Part shown: positions 1 through 8,036 of the stretch, one piece after another | How positions within the stretch are numbered: the first letter of the stretch is position 1 | Layout: each line of letters opens with the position of its first letter | Source: Pseudobacteriovorax sp. | GTDB lineage: Bacteria > Bdellovibrionota_B > Oligoflexia > Oligoflexales > Oligoflexaceae | DNA: 64,000 nucleotides | Direction: 5' to 3' | Assembly: GCA_050293845.1 (NCBI GenBank) | Contig: JBNKNM010000005.1 | Coordinates: 1 to 64,000, forward strand | Position numbers and translations under genes: made by a program | Notes under the pieces: model-generated | Told to the model about the DNA's origin: nothing | Seen by the model: only the letters and a program-made list of their open reading frames with translations | The model's database searches: none

Positions 1-1164
1 CTATTTGAAGTACCATCATGGCGACTGGACATTGAAAGAGAAACAGACCTTATCGAAGAGGTGGCACGCCTCCATGGATACAACAAAATACCCAATACAT
101 TGCCGATGATGGAGATCCGCACCCTTCCAGAGCGGCCCTTAATTAGCTTTCTAGATGAATGCAAATACACCATCGCCACGCAGGGATATAGCGAGGTCAT
201 CAGCTTCCCTTTCATCAGCAACTTTGATCTTGAACGCTTCAACATCAAAAACACACACCCCTTCTCTGCCGCTGTTGAGCTATTAAACCCCCTTGTAGAA
301 GAGCAGCGACAATTGCGCACAAGCGTCGTTTTTGGATTACTTAAGGCTCTAGTGACAAACCGAAAACACGGTGTGAAAGGGGTTCGTTTATTCGAAGCGG
401 CTCGCAATTTTTATCGCTTCGACCACAACCATTCCTTTGAGTTCGGTATTTGGAAACATTTACAGGAAAATGGCAGTCATATTACAGGTCAGGCGCGGCA
501 GGATTACCGCCCCATTGAAAGAAACATAATTGCTGCGATTCTCGATCATCCCTTTACCGAAAAAACTTGGCAAAGCCCTGAGATAGAAGCCAGTTTTTTT
601 CATGGAAAAGAAGCTCTCACCAATCTTGTACATGCTATGGGAGTCAGGGACATAGACTTTACAAGTATCAATGCCGAGGAAATCCCTTGGCTACACCCAG
701 GAGCTGCTGCAACGGTGCACTCTGGCTCATTACTCCTTGGGTATGTTGGCGAGTTGCACCCTCGTACTGTAAAGGCATACGAACTCAATCTTGATCATTC
801 TCCCGTAGTTTTTGAGGTGGATATCGAGCAGGTTTACCTCGCTAGTCAGCAAGGGAAGCACTATCGAGGAAGCATTACAAAGTATCCCCCTTTGACCCGT
901 GACTTAGCATTTGTCGTCGAAAAGTCAATTATCCATAGTGACTTTTGCGACGCTTTTGAATCATTTAATCGCCGCAAGAACCTAAGCTCCTATCGATTAT
1001 TCGATGTTTATGAGGGAAAAAACCTTGCTTCGGGAAAGAAAAGCATGGCATTTAGCCTTGAGTTTCAGTCCGACAAGAAAACCCTTACAGACAAAGAGGT
1101 CGAGAAAGAGGTGCAGGCACTTGTTGACTGGTTTAAACAGCGGCTTTCAGCAGAACTTAGATAA
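1..1164 (+). CDS. pheT: Phenylalanine--tRNA ligase beta subunit (5'-truncated by window edge)
   Basis: Frame 1 is open from base 1 ([24 protein letters not shown]). It has the LNPL..E...LRTS and LHPG motifs and a C-terminal FDX-ACB domain ([28 protein letters not shown]). Confidence 0.95.
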   Translation, partial: LFEVPSWRLDIERETDLIEEVARLHGYNKIPNTLPMMEIRTLPERPLISFLDECKYTIATQGYSEVISFPFISNFDLERFNIKNTHPFSAAVELLNPLVEEQRQLRTSVVFGLLKALVTNRKHGVKGVRLFEAARNFYRFDHNHSFEFGIWKHLQENGSHITGQARQDYRPIERNIIAAILDHPFTEKTWQSPEIEASFFHGKEALTNLVHAMGVRDIDFTSINAEEIPWLHPGAAATVHSGSLLLGYVGELHPRTVKAYELNLDHSPVVFEVDIEQVYLASQQGKHYRGSITKYPPLTRDLAFVVEKSIIHSDFCDAFESFNRRKNLSSYRLFDVYEGKNLASGKKSMAFSLEFQSDKKTLTDKEVEKEVQALVDWFKQRLSAELR

Positions 1165-1180
1165 CTTTAGGAAGGATCAC

Positions 1181-1996
1181 ATGAAAAAGGCTATAGTTTT
1201 AACTTCATTAATTTTTGGTGGTATGGGAAATCCCCTGTTTGCCGTTGATGTGGCAAGTTTTAGCAATGAAAAAATAACTGAGGAAGAATACAAAAAAGCC
1301 ATTGAAGGTTTGGGCCCGCAGGCAGAAATGGTCAAAAATAACCCCAGAATCAGGAGCCAGTTTTTAAATCATCTTATCGACAACACTCTTTTATCTGAAG
1401 AAGCCAAAAAGGCAAAATTGGACCAATCCCAACGCTTTAAAACCATGGTAAATGATGCCAAGCGTGATATTTTAGCTCGCTTGTATGTAGAGAAATACAT
1501 CGATGAGCAGTCCAGCGAGAAAAATCTCAAAAGTTACTTTGAAAAGAACAAGAAGCAATTTAGTGGCAAGGAAATTCGCGCCTCTCATATTTTGCTAAAA
1601 GAAGCAGATAAGGCAAAAGCAGAAAAAGTCCTCAAGGAAGCTATACAGGGAAAAGACTTTGCTGAACTAGCCAAGAAACATTCCACCGGTCCTAGTAAAG
1701 ACCGTGGTGGCGATCTAAACTTTTTTGGCCAGGGACGCATGGTGCCTGCCTTTGAAAAAGCTGCGTTTGCTACTCCAAAAGGCAAGGTCCATCCTAACCT
1801 TGTTAAGACTCAGTTCGGTTGGCACATTATCAAAGTTACCGATGCCCGTGGTGGAGACAAGGTGAAGTTCTCTGAAAAGAAAGATGAGGTTATGAAAACC
1901 ATTAAAAGAAATGGTCGTAAAGACCTAGTTGAAGAGCTGCGCAAAAAAGCTAATGTTAAGGTCGATGAAGAAGCGCTGAAGAAAATCAAATTCTAG
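1181..1996 (+). CDS. Exported parvulin-type peptidyl-prolyl isomerase (PrsA/PpiC/SurA-like foldase)
   Basis: ATG 1181 follows the RBS-like GGAAGGA and starts a signal peptide ([14 protein letters not shown]). Parvulin motifs: [37 protein letters not shown]. Confidence 0.9.
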   Translation: MKKAIVLTSLIFGGMGNPLFAVDVASFSNEKITEEEYKKAIEGLGPQAEMVKNNPRIRSQFLNHLIDNTLLSEEAKKAKLDQSQRFKTMVNDAKRDILARLYVEKYIDEQSSEKNLKSYFEKNKKQFSGKEIRASHILLKEADKAKAEKVLKEAIQGKDFAELAKKHSTGPSKDRGGDLNFFGQGRMVPAFEKAAFATPKGKVHPNLVKTQFGWHIIKVTDARGGDKVKFSEKKDEVMKTIKRNGRKDLVEELRKKANVKVDEEALKKIKF

Positions 1997-2125
1997 TCCA
2001 GATCCGGAATTTCCAGCTGAATCAAGGTAAGGGGAAAAAGTCTCATGTTAACTTTGTTAAAGTTAAAGAGCCTACTTTTTCCCCTACCGTCGCGTCAGCT
2101 AGAAATATCGCATCTGATTGAGACT
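1995..2125. repeat. Long imperfect inverted repeat filling the convergent PPIase/crcB gap (likely bidirectional terminator or structured RNA)
   Basis: Nested complementary arms: AGTC/GACT, CAGAT/ATCTG, ATTTC/GAAAT, AGCTGA/TCAGCT, AGGGGAAAAAGT/ACTTTTTCCCCT, and TTAACTTT/AAAGTTAA around a GTT loop. Confidence 0.7.
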
Positions 2126-2126
2126 T

Positions 2127-2504
2127 TTAAATCCCAACACCCAATCCCAGCACCTGGGAAATCCTGAGTCCCAACCACGACAAGCCAAGTCCACCAAAAA
2201 TAGTAATCACGGTGATAAGTAGAGTCCCAGACCAGTTTTTTTGCAGCGTCAAGATATTGACTTCGTAACTGAATGAGGACAAAGTCGTAAGAGCTCCGAG
2301 AAAACCAGTGATGACCCCCATTTTCAAGGGCTTAGGTAACATACCTAGCCAAGGAAAGAGCAAACCTATCAGAAAACACCCTATTAGATTTGAAACAAGT
2401 GTGCCCACCGGTAGCGCAGGGTAAACCTTCATAAATAAAACCTGCAGCAGATAACGGCATAATGCTCCTAAGCCAGCACCCATAAAGATATAAATATAAA
2501 CCAC
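2127..2504 (-). CDS. crcB: Fluoride efflux channel CrcB/FluC
   Basis: 125 aa with four TM segments. Motifs GAGLGALCRY, PVGTLVSNLIGCFLIG and GFLGALTTLSSF. Confidence 0.92.
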   Translation of the reverse strand: MVYIYIFMGAGLGALCRYLLQVLFMKVYPALPVGTLVSNLIGCFLIGLLFPWLGMLPKPLKMGVITGFLGALTTLSSFSYEVNILTLQKNWSGTLLITVITIFGGLGLSWLGLRISQVLGLGVGI

Positions 2505-2510
2505 GACTAC

Positions 2511-4073
2511 CTATATAGCGATATATCTGAATTCCCAGTCCAGCTCACTTGACTTAACTCTATCGCTGTACCATTTCAGATTTAAATAGTTAATACCCAT
2601 GGGAGATGGGAAGGTTAAATCAACCTTTCCACCCTCCGATACCTTGCGTCCTATGGACTTACCGTTTAAAAAGACGTCAACCTCCACATTATCTTCGATA
2701 ACATCAGATATAAGAATGCGTAAATAGGTTTCTTTACCAAGAAAAACAGCACCATTGGTACGACCATCTAAAACAATGCGATAGTAACCTTCTACGATCC
2801 CCCAATCCAAGTCACCCCTTGGATAAAACCGCACATCATAGGTATTGTTAGGTTTATCGCGAAAAGGGTTCTGCGGGTCAAACCCTACAGACTCTGCCCA
2901 TATACCGATAACATCTTCGTTTCTGATATAGGGATTGCCGCGGGAAGGTCCCCCCGTTGGCTCATCAGGCTCAAAGGCCATCCAAAGAAAGTCGGGATGA
3001 TTGGTTCTACTTTCTCCAACCCACTCTCCGCCAAGAACCTTATTCTCTTCATCTAGCTCCAAAAGGTAAGTATAAACCACTTGACTCGGGGGTGGTTTTG
3101 TTCCGGCGCCAACAAAGTCTTTAGCAGCGCGACGATAGGAAACAGTCATAGTTACAAATTGCCAAGAAACAGCATTGGGATTAAAGATCCAGTCGTCGAT
3201 TGCAAGCTCATCACCTAAGTCCAGCTTGGCAATGGCCTCTTCCTCCGTTAGGGGTCCCTCACTGGTATACTGATACTCATAGATGGGATAGTTCCAGACT
3301 TCCTCATCACGGTTATAGTCGAATATGACTGGCTGCTTATGACGTCCTAAGAAATTAATTAAGCCTATATGAAAGCTTCCGGGATTAACGTCATCGCAGG
3401 CATCCATTTCTAAAGGATTCACCCGTACTTTGGGTCTTTTACTGAGCTCGGTCTCGGATAGACGGCAGCGATTCCCAGAAATGAACTTGGTTTTAGAATT
3501 CATACTGATTTCCGCTAATAAGGCTCTTATATCAGAGGGTGTGAAGACAACACAGTTAGTATCTTCATCAAGTTCGCAGTTTTGTGGTCTATAGATAGTA
3601 GTCAGGGGGTTTTGGTAGCGGGACGCAGCTACAGAAGTGCCATTACAATGGCCGTACCAGCTTGGGGATTGACGGCTATTATAGGTCAGCTCCCAATTAC
3701 TAGCCTTCTTTTCCCCGTCATTAAAGGCTTGATCATAAAGGGTTAGAGCACCGTTAACATTCGTTCCACGGCTCTTTTCTGGGTACCATGAGTCTAAATA
3801 GGGAATTCTATCAACAGTCACCGATCCAGTAGGAAATTCATTTAGCTTATCCCATTGAGTCCAATAGCCCTCATCATCCGAGCCGAAAATTTTCTTGTAA
3901 AAAGATCGAATATCCTCAAGCTCGACATGGTCACTTGAGTAACTACCGAGTTGATTGTAATTAGGATTATGAGCCTTAGCTCGTTTTTCCATACGTTCGC
4001 AGCCTCCCTGAAAGCCGATGATGCTGGCCACAAACATGAAAATCAACCTGGTATTTTTTGTTACATATAACAT
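2511..4073 (-). CDS. Transglutaminase-elicitor (oomycete GP42-like) family protein, probable lipoprotein
   Basis: Motifs WYGHCNG, DVNPGSFHI, EVWNYPI and YTYLLELD...GGEW....NHPDFLW match the Phytophthora TGase elicitor pattern. The N-terminal hydrophobic stretch ends in GGC (lipobox-like). Start taken at ATG 4073; TTG 4082 is the alternative. Confidence 0.75.
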   Translation of the reverse strand: MLYVTKNTRLIFMFVASIIGFQGGCERMEKRAKAHNPNYNQLGSYSSDHVELEDIRSFYKKIFGSDDEGYWTQWDKLNEFPTGSVTVDRIPYLDSWYPEKSRGTNVNGALTLYDQAFNDGEKKASNWELTYNSRQSPSWYGHCNGTSVAASRYQNPLTTIYRPQNCELDEDTNCVVFTPSDIRALLAEISMNSKTKFISGNRCRLSETELSKRPKVRVNPLEMDACDDVNPGSFHIGLINFLGRHKQPVIFDYNRDEEVWNYPIYEYQYTSEGPLTEEEAIAKLDLGDELAIDDWIFNPNAVSWQFVTMTVSYRRAAKDFVGAGTKPPPSQVVYTYLLELDEENKVLGGEWVGESRTNHPDFLWMAFEPDEPTGGPSRGNPYIRNEDVIGIWAESVGFDPQNPFRDKPNNTYDVRFYPRGDLDWGIVEGYYRIVLDGRTNGAVFLGKETYLRILISDVIEDNVEVDVFLNGKSIGRKVSEGGKVDLTFPSPMGINYLNLKWYSDRVKSSELDWEFRYIAI

Positions 4074-4227
4074 GACTTGCAAGAGCTCCTAAATTGATAG
4101 CTTTCCCTCTTTCACCATTATAACCAAATTGGCATGGAAATACCTTTCTGTAAGATTTTAAATTTTTACCTGTATTGGCATTATTCGCATTGCTAAGGGC
4201 TCCGAAGGAACCATAAGGAGTAAATGG

Positions 4228-4677
4228 ATGAGCCATCAGAAAGATCAAACGAACTACAATGCGGCAAGTCACGTTCTCATTATTGATGACCAGCAAGAAA
4301 TTGTTGATGTTATCTCTGAAATTATTAAGCTCCACACTACCTTAGTCCCCATAACCGCCACGAGCGGTAAAGAAGGGCTGAAAAAACTCGACCAGAATCC
4401 TATCGATGTTATCCTGCTAGATCTGTCCATGCCACGAATGGATGGCATTGAATTTTTTCAAATTATCCGTAATAAGTCCATTCTAGCACCGGTGATTTTT
4501 CTGACTGGTCGAGGAGATGAGTCTATTAGAGAAAGGGCCTTTGACCTTGGAGCCTTTGACTTTCTGGCAAAACCAGCCAAGGCAGCAGACCTTCTCATAT
4601 TAGTTGATGAAGCTGTGAGAGTTGTCCGGCAAATAAGAACTATTATTGCGAAGAAGCCCTCCTATACTAGTCCTTAA
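4228..4677 (+). CDS. Single-domain response regulator (CheY-like receiver)
   Basis: VLIIDD, LLDLSMPRMDG, FLTG and FLAKP receiver motifs, with no output domain. Confidence 0.9.
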   Translation: MSHQKDQTNYNAASHVLIIDDQQEIVDVISEIIKLHTTLVPITATSGKEGLKKLDQNPIDVILLDLSMPRMDGIEFFQIIRNKSILAPVIFLTGRGDESIRERAFDLGAFDFLAKPAKAADLLILVDEAVRVVRQIRTIIAKKPSYTSP

Positions 4678-5021
4678 CGAGGAATGTTCGATAATGCTTT
4701 TTGCTTATCTTCGGGGAAGCTTGAGTTAAAGGAAAATGAGTCTATAGTACTGTTTTTCCAATATATTTTAAGCTCCTTGGTGTGACTTGCTCCAAATAGT
4801 CGCAACTTATAGAAGCCATAAGTCCAAGTGGGCTTCCCACCGGAATAGCCCGTCAGAAATGGTTCTCCCAAGGTTTTAAATACTTCTGCACGAGTCGTCG
4901 TCTCTTGTTTCAACCAACTATAATCACTTGAAAAATTTTGTCCTCTCGTGACGCAGCCCGTGAATTGGCTCGATAAAGCTAACATGAGAACTGTACTGGC
5001 AATTTTAGAAGTATATTTCAA
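4674..5021 (-). CDS. Small lipoprotein, SmpA/OmlA (BamE-like) fold
   Basis: Lipobox-like FTGC, followed by the TTRAEV..TLGEP...WTY pattern typical of SmpA/OmlA domains. Confidence 0.6.
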   Translation of the reverse strand: MKYTSKIASTVLMLALSSQFTGCVTRGQNFSSDYSWLKQETTTRAEVFKTLGEPFLTGYSGGKPTWTYGFYKLRLFGASHTKELKIYWKNSTIDSFSFNSSFPEDKQKALSNIPR

Positions 5022-5350
5022 TCTAACCTCCTCTGATTAATCACCATTAAAATGACGCACATAATTGTAGGAGTACTATCGCTCTAAGTAACCATAAATC
5101 ATAGCTGACAAGGGCGGCTCCTACGGAAAACATTGCCAGTCTAAGCTAAAACACCTAGTAGTTTCAATATGATTAGAAGTAGCTGCCGAATTGGTAGGAA
5201 CAAATTTATATTGTACGAGCTACTAAATCATACATGCTTTTATAACGCACTAGATTAAAGCCGGATATAAATTTATTATCGATGCTCGGCAATTATAATG
5301 CTATATGATCCTTTCTTCCGGCTAAACTAAGTAAAGTCGCAGGTGAAGCT

Positions 5351-5962
5351 ATGAAATATAAACTTATACTCCTTACCCTCGGGGTTTTTATTGGGATTGC
5401 TAGTGCAACTTTTTGGCTTATTTCTCAAAATTTGAGTTCAGAATCAATTGAATTTGGACGGGTACTCAAAAACAGACGCTCCATCAGCGAGATGCATTTA
5501 CAAGATTTTAATGGTAAAAGCTTTGGGCGAGAGCAGTTGCTAGGCAAGTGGAGCCTAATAACATTTGGATTTACCCACTGTCCCGACGTCTGTCCCACCG
5601 CATTAGCGGCATTCCGTGACGAATTGAATTTACTAGAAGACAACCGTAACCGGGTACAGTTTATCTTTGTCAGTATCGACCCTGAGAGGGATACTCCTGA
5701 AGTCCTGCAGAACTACATCACTTACTTCCATAAAAATATCATCGGCCTAACAGGAACCATCCCGGCATTAAAAGCCTTAGCTAAGAATTTTGGGGTCCAT
5801 TTTCAGAAAAGCGACAAGGGTGAGGATTACACTATGGTTCATAGTCCACAATTCTTCCTTATCAATCCTGAGGCTGAATTAACAGCGATGTACTCACCCC
5901 CCTTAGCTCGTGGGAAAATCGCCATGGATTTATCCAGGATTGCAGGAAAAAACTCACTATGA
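5351..5962 (+). CDS. SCO1/SenC family copper chaperone
   Basis: N-terminal TM, FGFTHCPDVCP (CxxxC), SIDPERDT and the conserved His in VHS. Confidence 0.93.
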   Translation: MKYKLILLTLGVFIGIASATFWLISQNLSSESIEFGRVLKNRRSISEMHLQDFNGKSFGREQLLGKWSLITFGFTHCPDVCPTALAAFRDELNLLEDNRNRVQFIFVSIDPERDTPEVLQNYITYFHKNIIGLTGTIPALKALAKNFGVHFQKSDKGEDYTMVHSPQFFLINPEAELTAMYSPPLARGKIAMDLSRIAGKNSL

Positions 5963-6381
5963 AATTTCTGGCTGCCCTATTTATCCTGATTGCAGTATGT
6001 CCAAAAGTTTATTCTCAGCAGGAAAATATCGAAGTCCTGGAGTTCGTCGTTCGTAAGCCTCCTCCAGGGCTCAAGATCACAGCAGCATATGGGCTGATTA
6101 AAAATAATAGTCCCAAAGATTTATTTTTAGTTAGTATTGACAGTACTTGGGGACAGATCGAAATACACCAAACGAAAATGGTCGCCGGTATGATGGAGAT
6201 GAATGCCATAAAGAGGCTCAAGATACCTTCCCATAGTCAAGTCCGATTTAAATCAGGATCTCTGCATCTTATGATAAAAGATATTAGTATAGATCTAGAA
6301 GAGGGGAATACCGCCTCTTTACTGTTTCGATTTCTTGGCGGTAAATCGATTCCTGTAACCGCTACTATTAAAAAACCATAA
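5959..6381 (+). CDS. Periplasmic copper chaperone PCu(A)C
   Basis: Signal peptide, AAY..I.N motif and the H-x10-M...H-x-M Cu site (EIHQTKMVAGMMEM...HLM). Overlaps the sco stop (ATGA). Confidence 0.85.
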   Translation: MKFLAALFILIAVCPKVYSQQENIEVLEFVVRKPPPGLKITAAYGLIKNNSPKDLFLVSIDSTWGQIEIHQTKMVAGMMEMNAIKRLKIPSHSQVRFKSGSLHLMIKDISIDLEEGNTASLLFRFLGGKSIPVTATIKKP

Positions 6382-6392
6382 AAGGAGCTAGT

Positions 6393-6662
6393 ATGTCGCA
6401 AATAAAGGATATGATTGAAAGCCTCAATATTCCTGCAGATAAACTTAAGGAGTTAGCCCAAACTCTCAACCAAAACCCTATGTCGGCAATGTCCTTAGTG
6501 CAACAACTCAATATTCCCCCCCATATATTGCAGAGCATCATGGCGCTTATTATGAGTAACCCCAGCTCTGTAAAGGAGTTCGCAAAATCACTAGGAGTTA
6601 GTGATGAAGCTTTGTCGACTATGGAGAACAAACTTAATCCTAATAAGACAGAAACAGACTAA
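6393..6662 (+). CDS. Small helical protein resembling DUF2999
   Basis: Pattern EL.QTL.QNPM.AM..VQQL.IPP..LQ.IMAL.MSNP..VKE....LG, recalled from the DUF2999 family. RBS AGGAG upstream. Confidence 0.6.
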   Translation: MSQIKDMIESLNIPADKLKELAQTLNQNPMSAMSLVQQLNIPPHILQSIMALIMSNPSSVKEFAKSLGVSDEALSTMENKLNPNKTETD

Positions 6663-6922
6663 GCCGTAAAAACATTTCACACAGCAGCCGAACACTGATT
6701 CCGCAAAGTCTCGGCTCGCGAATACCATGGTAGACAATAAAGGAAGCCAGCTCTCCTTCTTAAGAAAATGTAATCCTCAGAAAGTTAAATCAAAAGCGTC
6801 AGTAGTAGCGAAAATATGATCATTGGTCAATCCGCTAGCACATTTGGCTAAAATTTAGCGATCTTTAGGGGACGCACCATCTACTACAACTGCAATCCAC
6901 TGATATTATGCAGAAAAGCAAA

Positions 6923-6938
6923 TGGCACAGGGATTGCT
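6923..6938 (+). promoter_or_regulatory. Sigma-54 (-24/-12) promoter of the efflux operon
   Basis: TGGCAC-AGGGA-TTGCT matches TGGCAC-N5-TTGCW exactly. It lies 80 nt upstream of the adaptor gene in a ~350 bp intergenic region. Confidence 0.7.
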
Positions 6939-7018
6939 TTCGGTGAACTTACACCATGGTCTTTTCAACCATCAGAGATCATTGACTTACAAATATAGCA
7001 AAGCCCAGGAGAATTTTC

Positions 7019-8029
7019 ATGCCAAGCCACTGCAGTCAAACTTTGAAACTGCCTCGAAACTTCAGATACTTGGCCCTACTAGGAGCGAGTTTACTCTTCA
7101 CAGTCCTCACACTCACTAGCTGTGAAGACAAGCTCCCAGAAAAATCAAATGCCGAAGCAGCATTACCCTCCCCTCCTGAAGTAAAAGTAAGAACTCTTAT
7201 GAGTCACCCCATCTACGACCCCCTTTGGTTTGGTGGATATCTTCAAGCTGCTGTTGACTACCAAGTGATCGCGGAAAAATCAGGAGTGGTGGTTAAAAAG
7301 CATGTCGGTCCTGGTGATTGGGTAAAAAAAGGGCAAAGCTTAGTGGATGTAAGACCCAGTAGCTTGGGTTTGGATCACCGCACCTATATCATCAAAGCTC
7401 CCATGAGTGGAATCGTTAGTCAGTTACCAGTTGACCTTGGAACATATCTTAAGCCTTCCCAGGTTGTTGCCAGCCTTGCTGATACCAGTGCATTCTATAT
7501 TGATATTCTGGGTTCCTACCAAGATAGTTTAACATTAACCCCCAAAGCTATAGTTTCGGTATTCTTGGGGGTGAGCACTCCTAAAGAACAATCCTTTTCT
7601 GGCTTCATTTTATCAGTAAACCCCAGCTCCGATCCTACAACTGGTCTCTATCCTATGAGAGTCAGCTTTCGCTGCAGAACACAAAAGAATCCGATTCAGT
7701 GTCAGAATCTCGCCAAAATAGGAAGCTTTGTTAAAGTGCTGTTTAAGAATAATAAAAGAACAGCCATCCAGATTGCTAGCAAGGAATTTACTCAAGGCCG
7801 TCATCAAGTTTTAATCTATAAGGATAATGGAACCGCTGAAGAGCGGAAAGTACAAACAGGACGCGTGATTGCCGGCAAGTTTGAAATTATTTCAGGCTTG
7901 GAAGAAGGAGAAAACTTAATCGTATCCTACAAAAGACGCCCCAAGTCCGGTGAAAAGGTCCAAGTCAGTGAGCAAAATCAAAAGACTATGAGCAAGACGA
8001 AGAATCTGAGCAAAGAACAAATCAACTAA
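7019..8029 (+). CDS. RND efflux periplasmic adaptor (MFP) lipoprotein lacking the alpha-helical hairpin
   Basis: Lipobox LTSC. The lipoyl half-motifs (SGVV...V.PGDWVKKGQSL and IKAPMSGIV) are only ~14 aa apart. C-terminal membrane-proximal motif V.TG.....EIISGLEEGE. Confidence 0.85.
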   Translation: MPSHCSQTLKLPRNFRYLALLGASLLFTVLTLTSCEDKLPEKSNAEAALPSPPEVKVRTLMSHPIYDPLWFGGYLQAAVDYQVIAEKSGVVVKKHVGPGDWVKKGQSLVDVRPSSLGLDHRTYIIKAPMSGIVSQLPVDLGTYLKPSQVVASLADTSAFYIDILGSYQDSLTLTPKAIVSVFLGVSTPKEQSFSGFILSVNPSSDPTTGLYPMRVSFRCRTQKNPIQCQNLAKIGSFVKVLFKNNKRTAIQIASKEFTQGRHQVLIYKDNGTAEERKVQTGRVIAGKFEIISGLEEGENLIVSYKRRPKSGEKVQVSEQNQKTMSKTKNLSKEQIN

Positions 8030-8036
8030 GACTGAA

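Noticed and set aside
1004..1180. N-terminal extension of the PPIase ORF in the ORF track
   Set aside because: It overlaps pheT in another frame. The RBS and signal peptide point to ATG 1181.
2505..2600. Fluoride riboswitch upstream of crcB
   Set aside because: Only 6 bp separate crcB from the upstream CDS, and I see no riboswitch motif.
5022..5350. Scattered short inverted repeats (GTAGGAG/CTCCTAC, AGTAGCT/AGCTACT) suggesting an ncRNA
   Set aside because: The arms are 7 bp or shorter and far apart, which is compatible with chance in a divergent promoter region.
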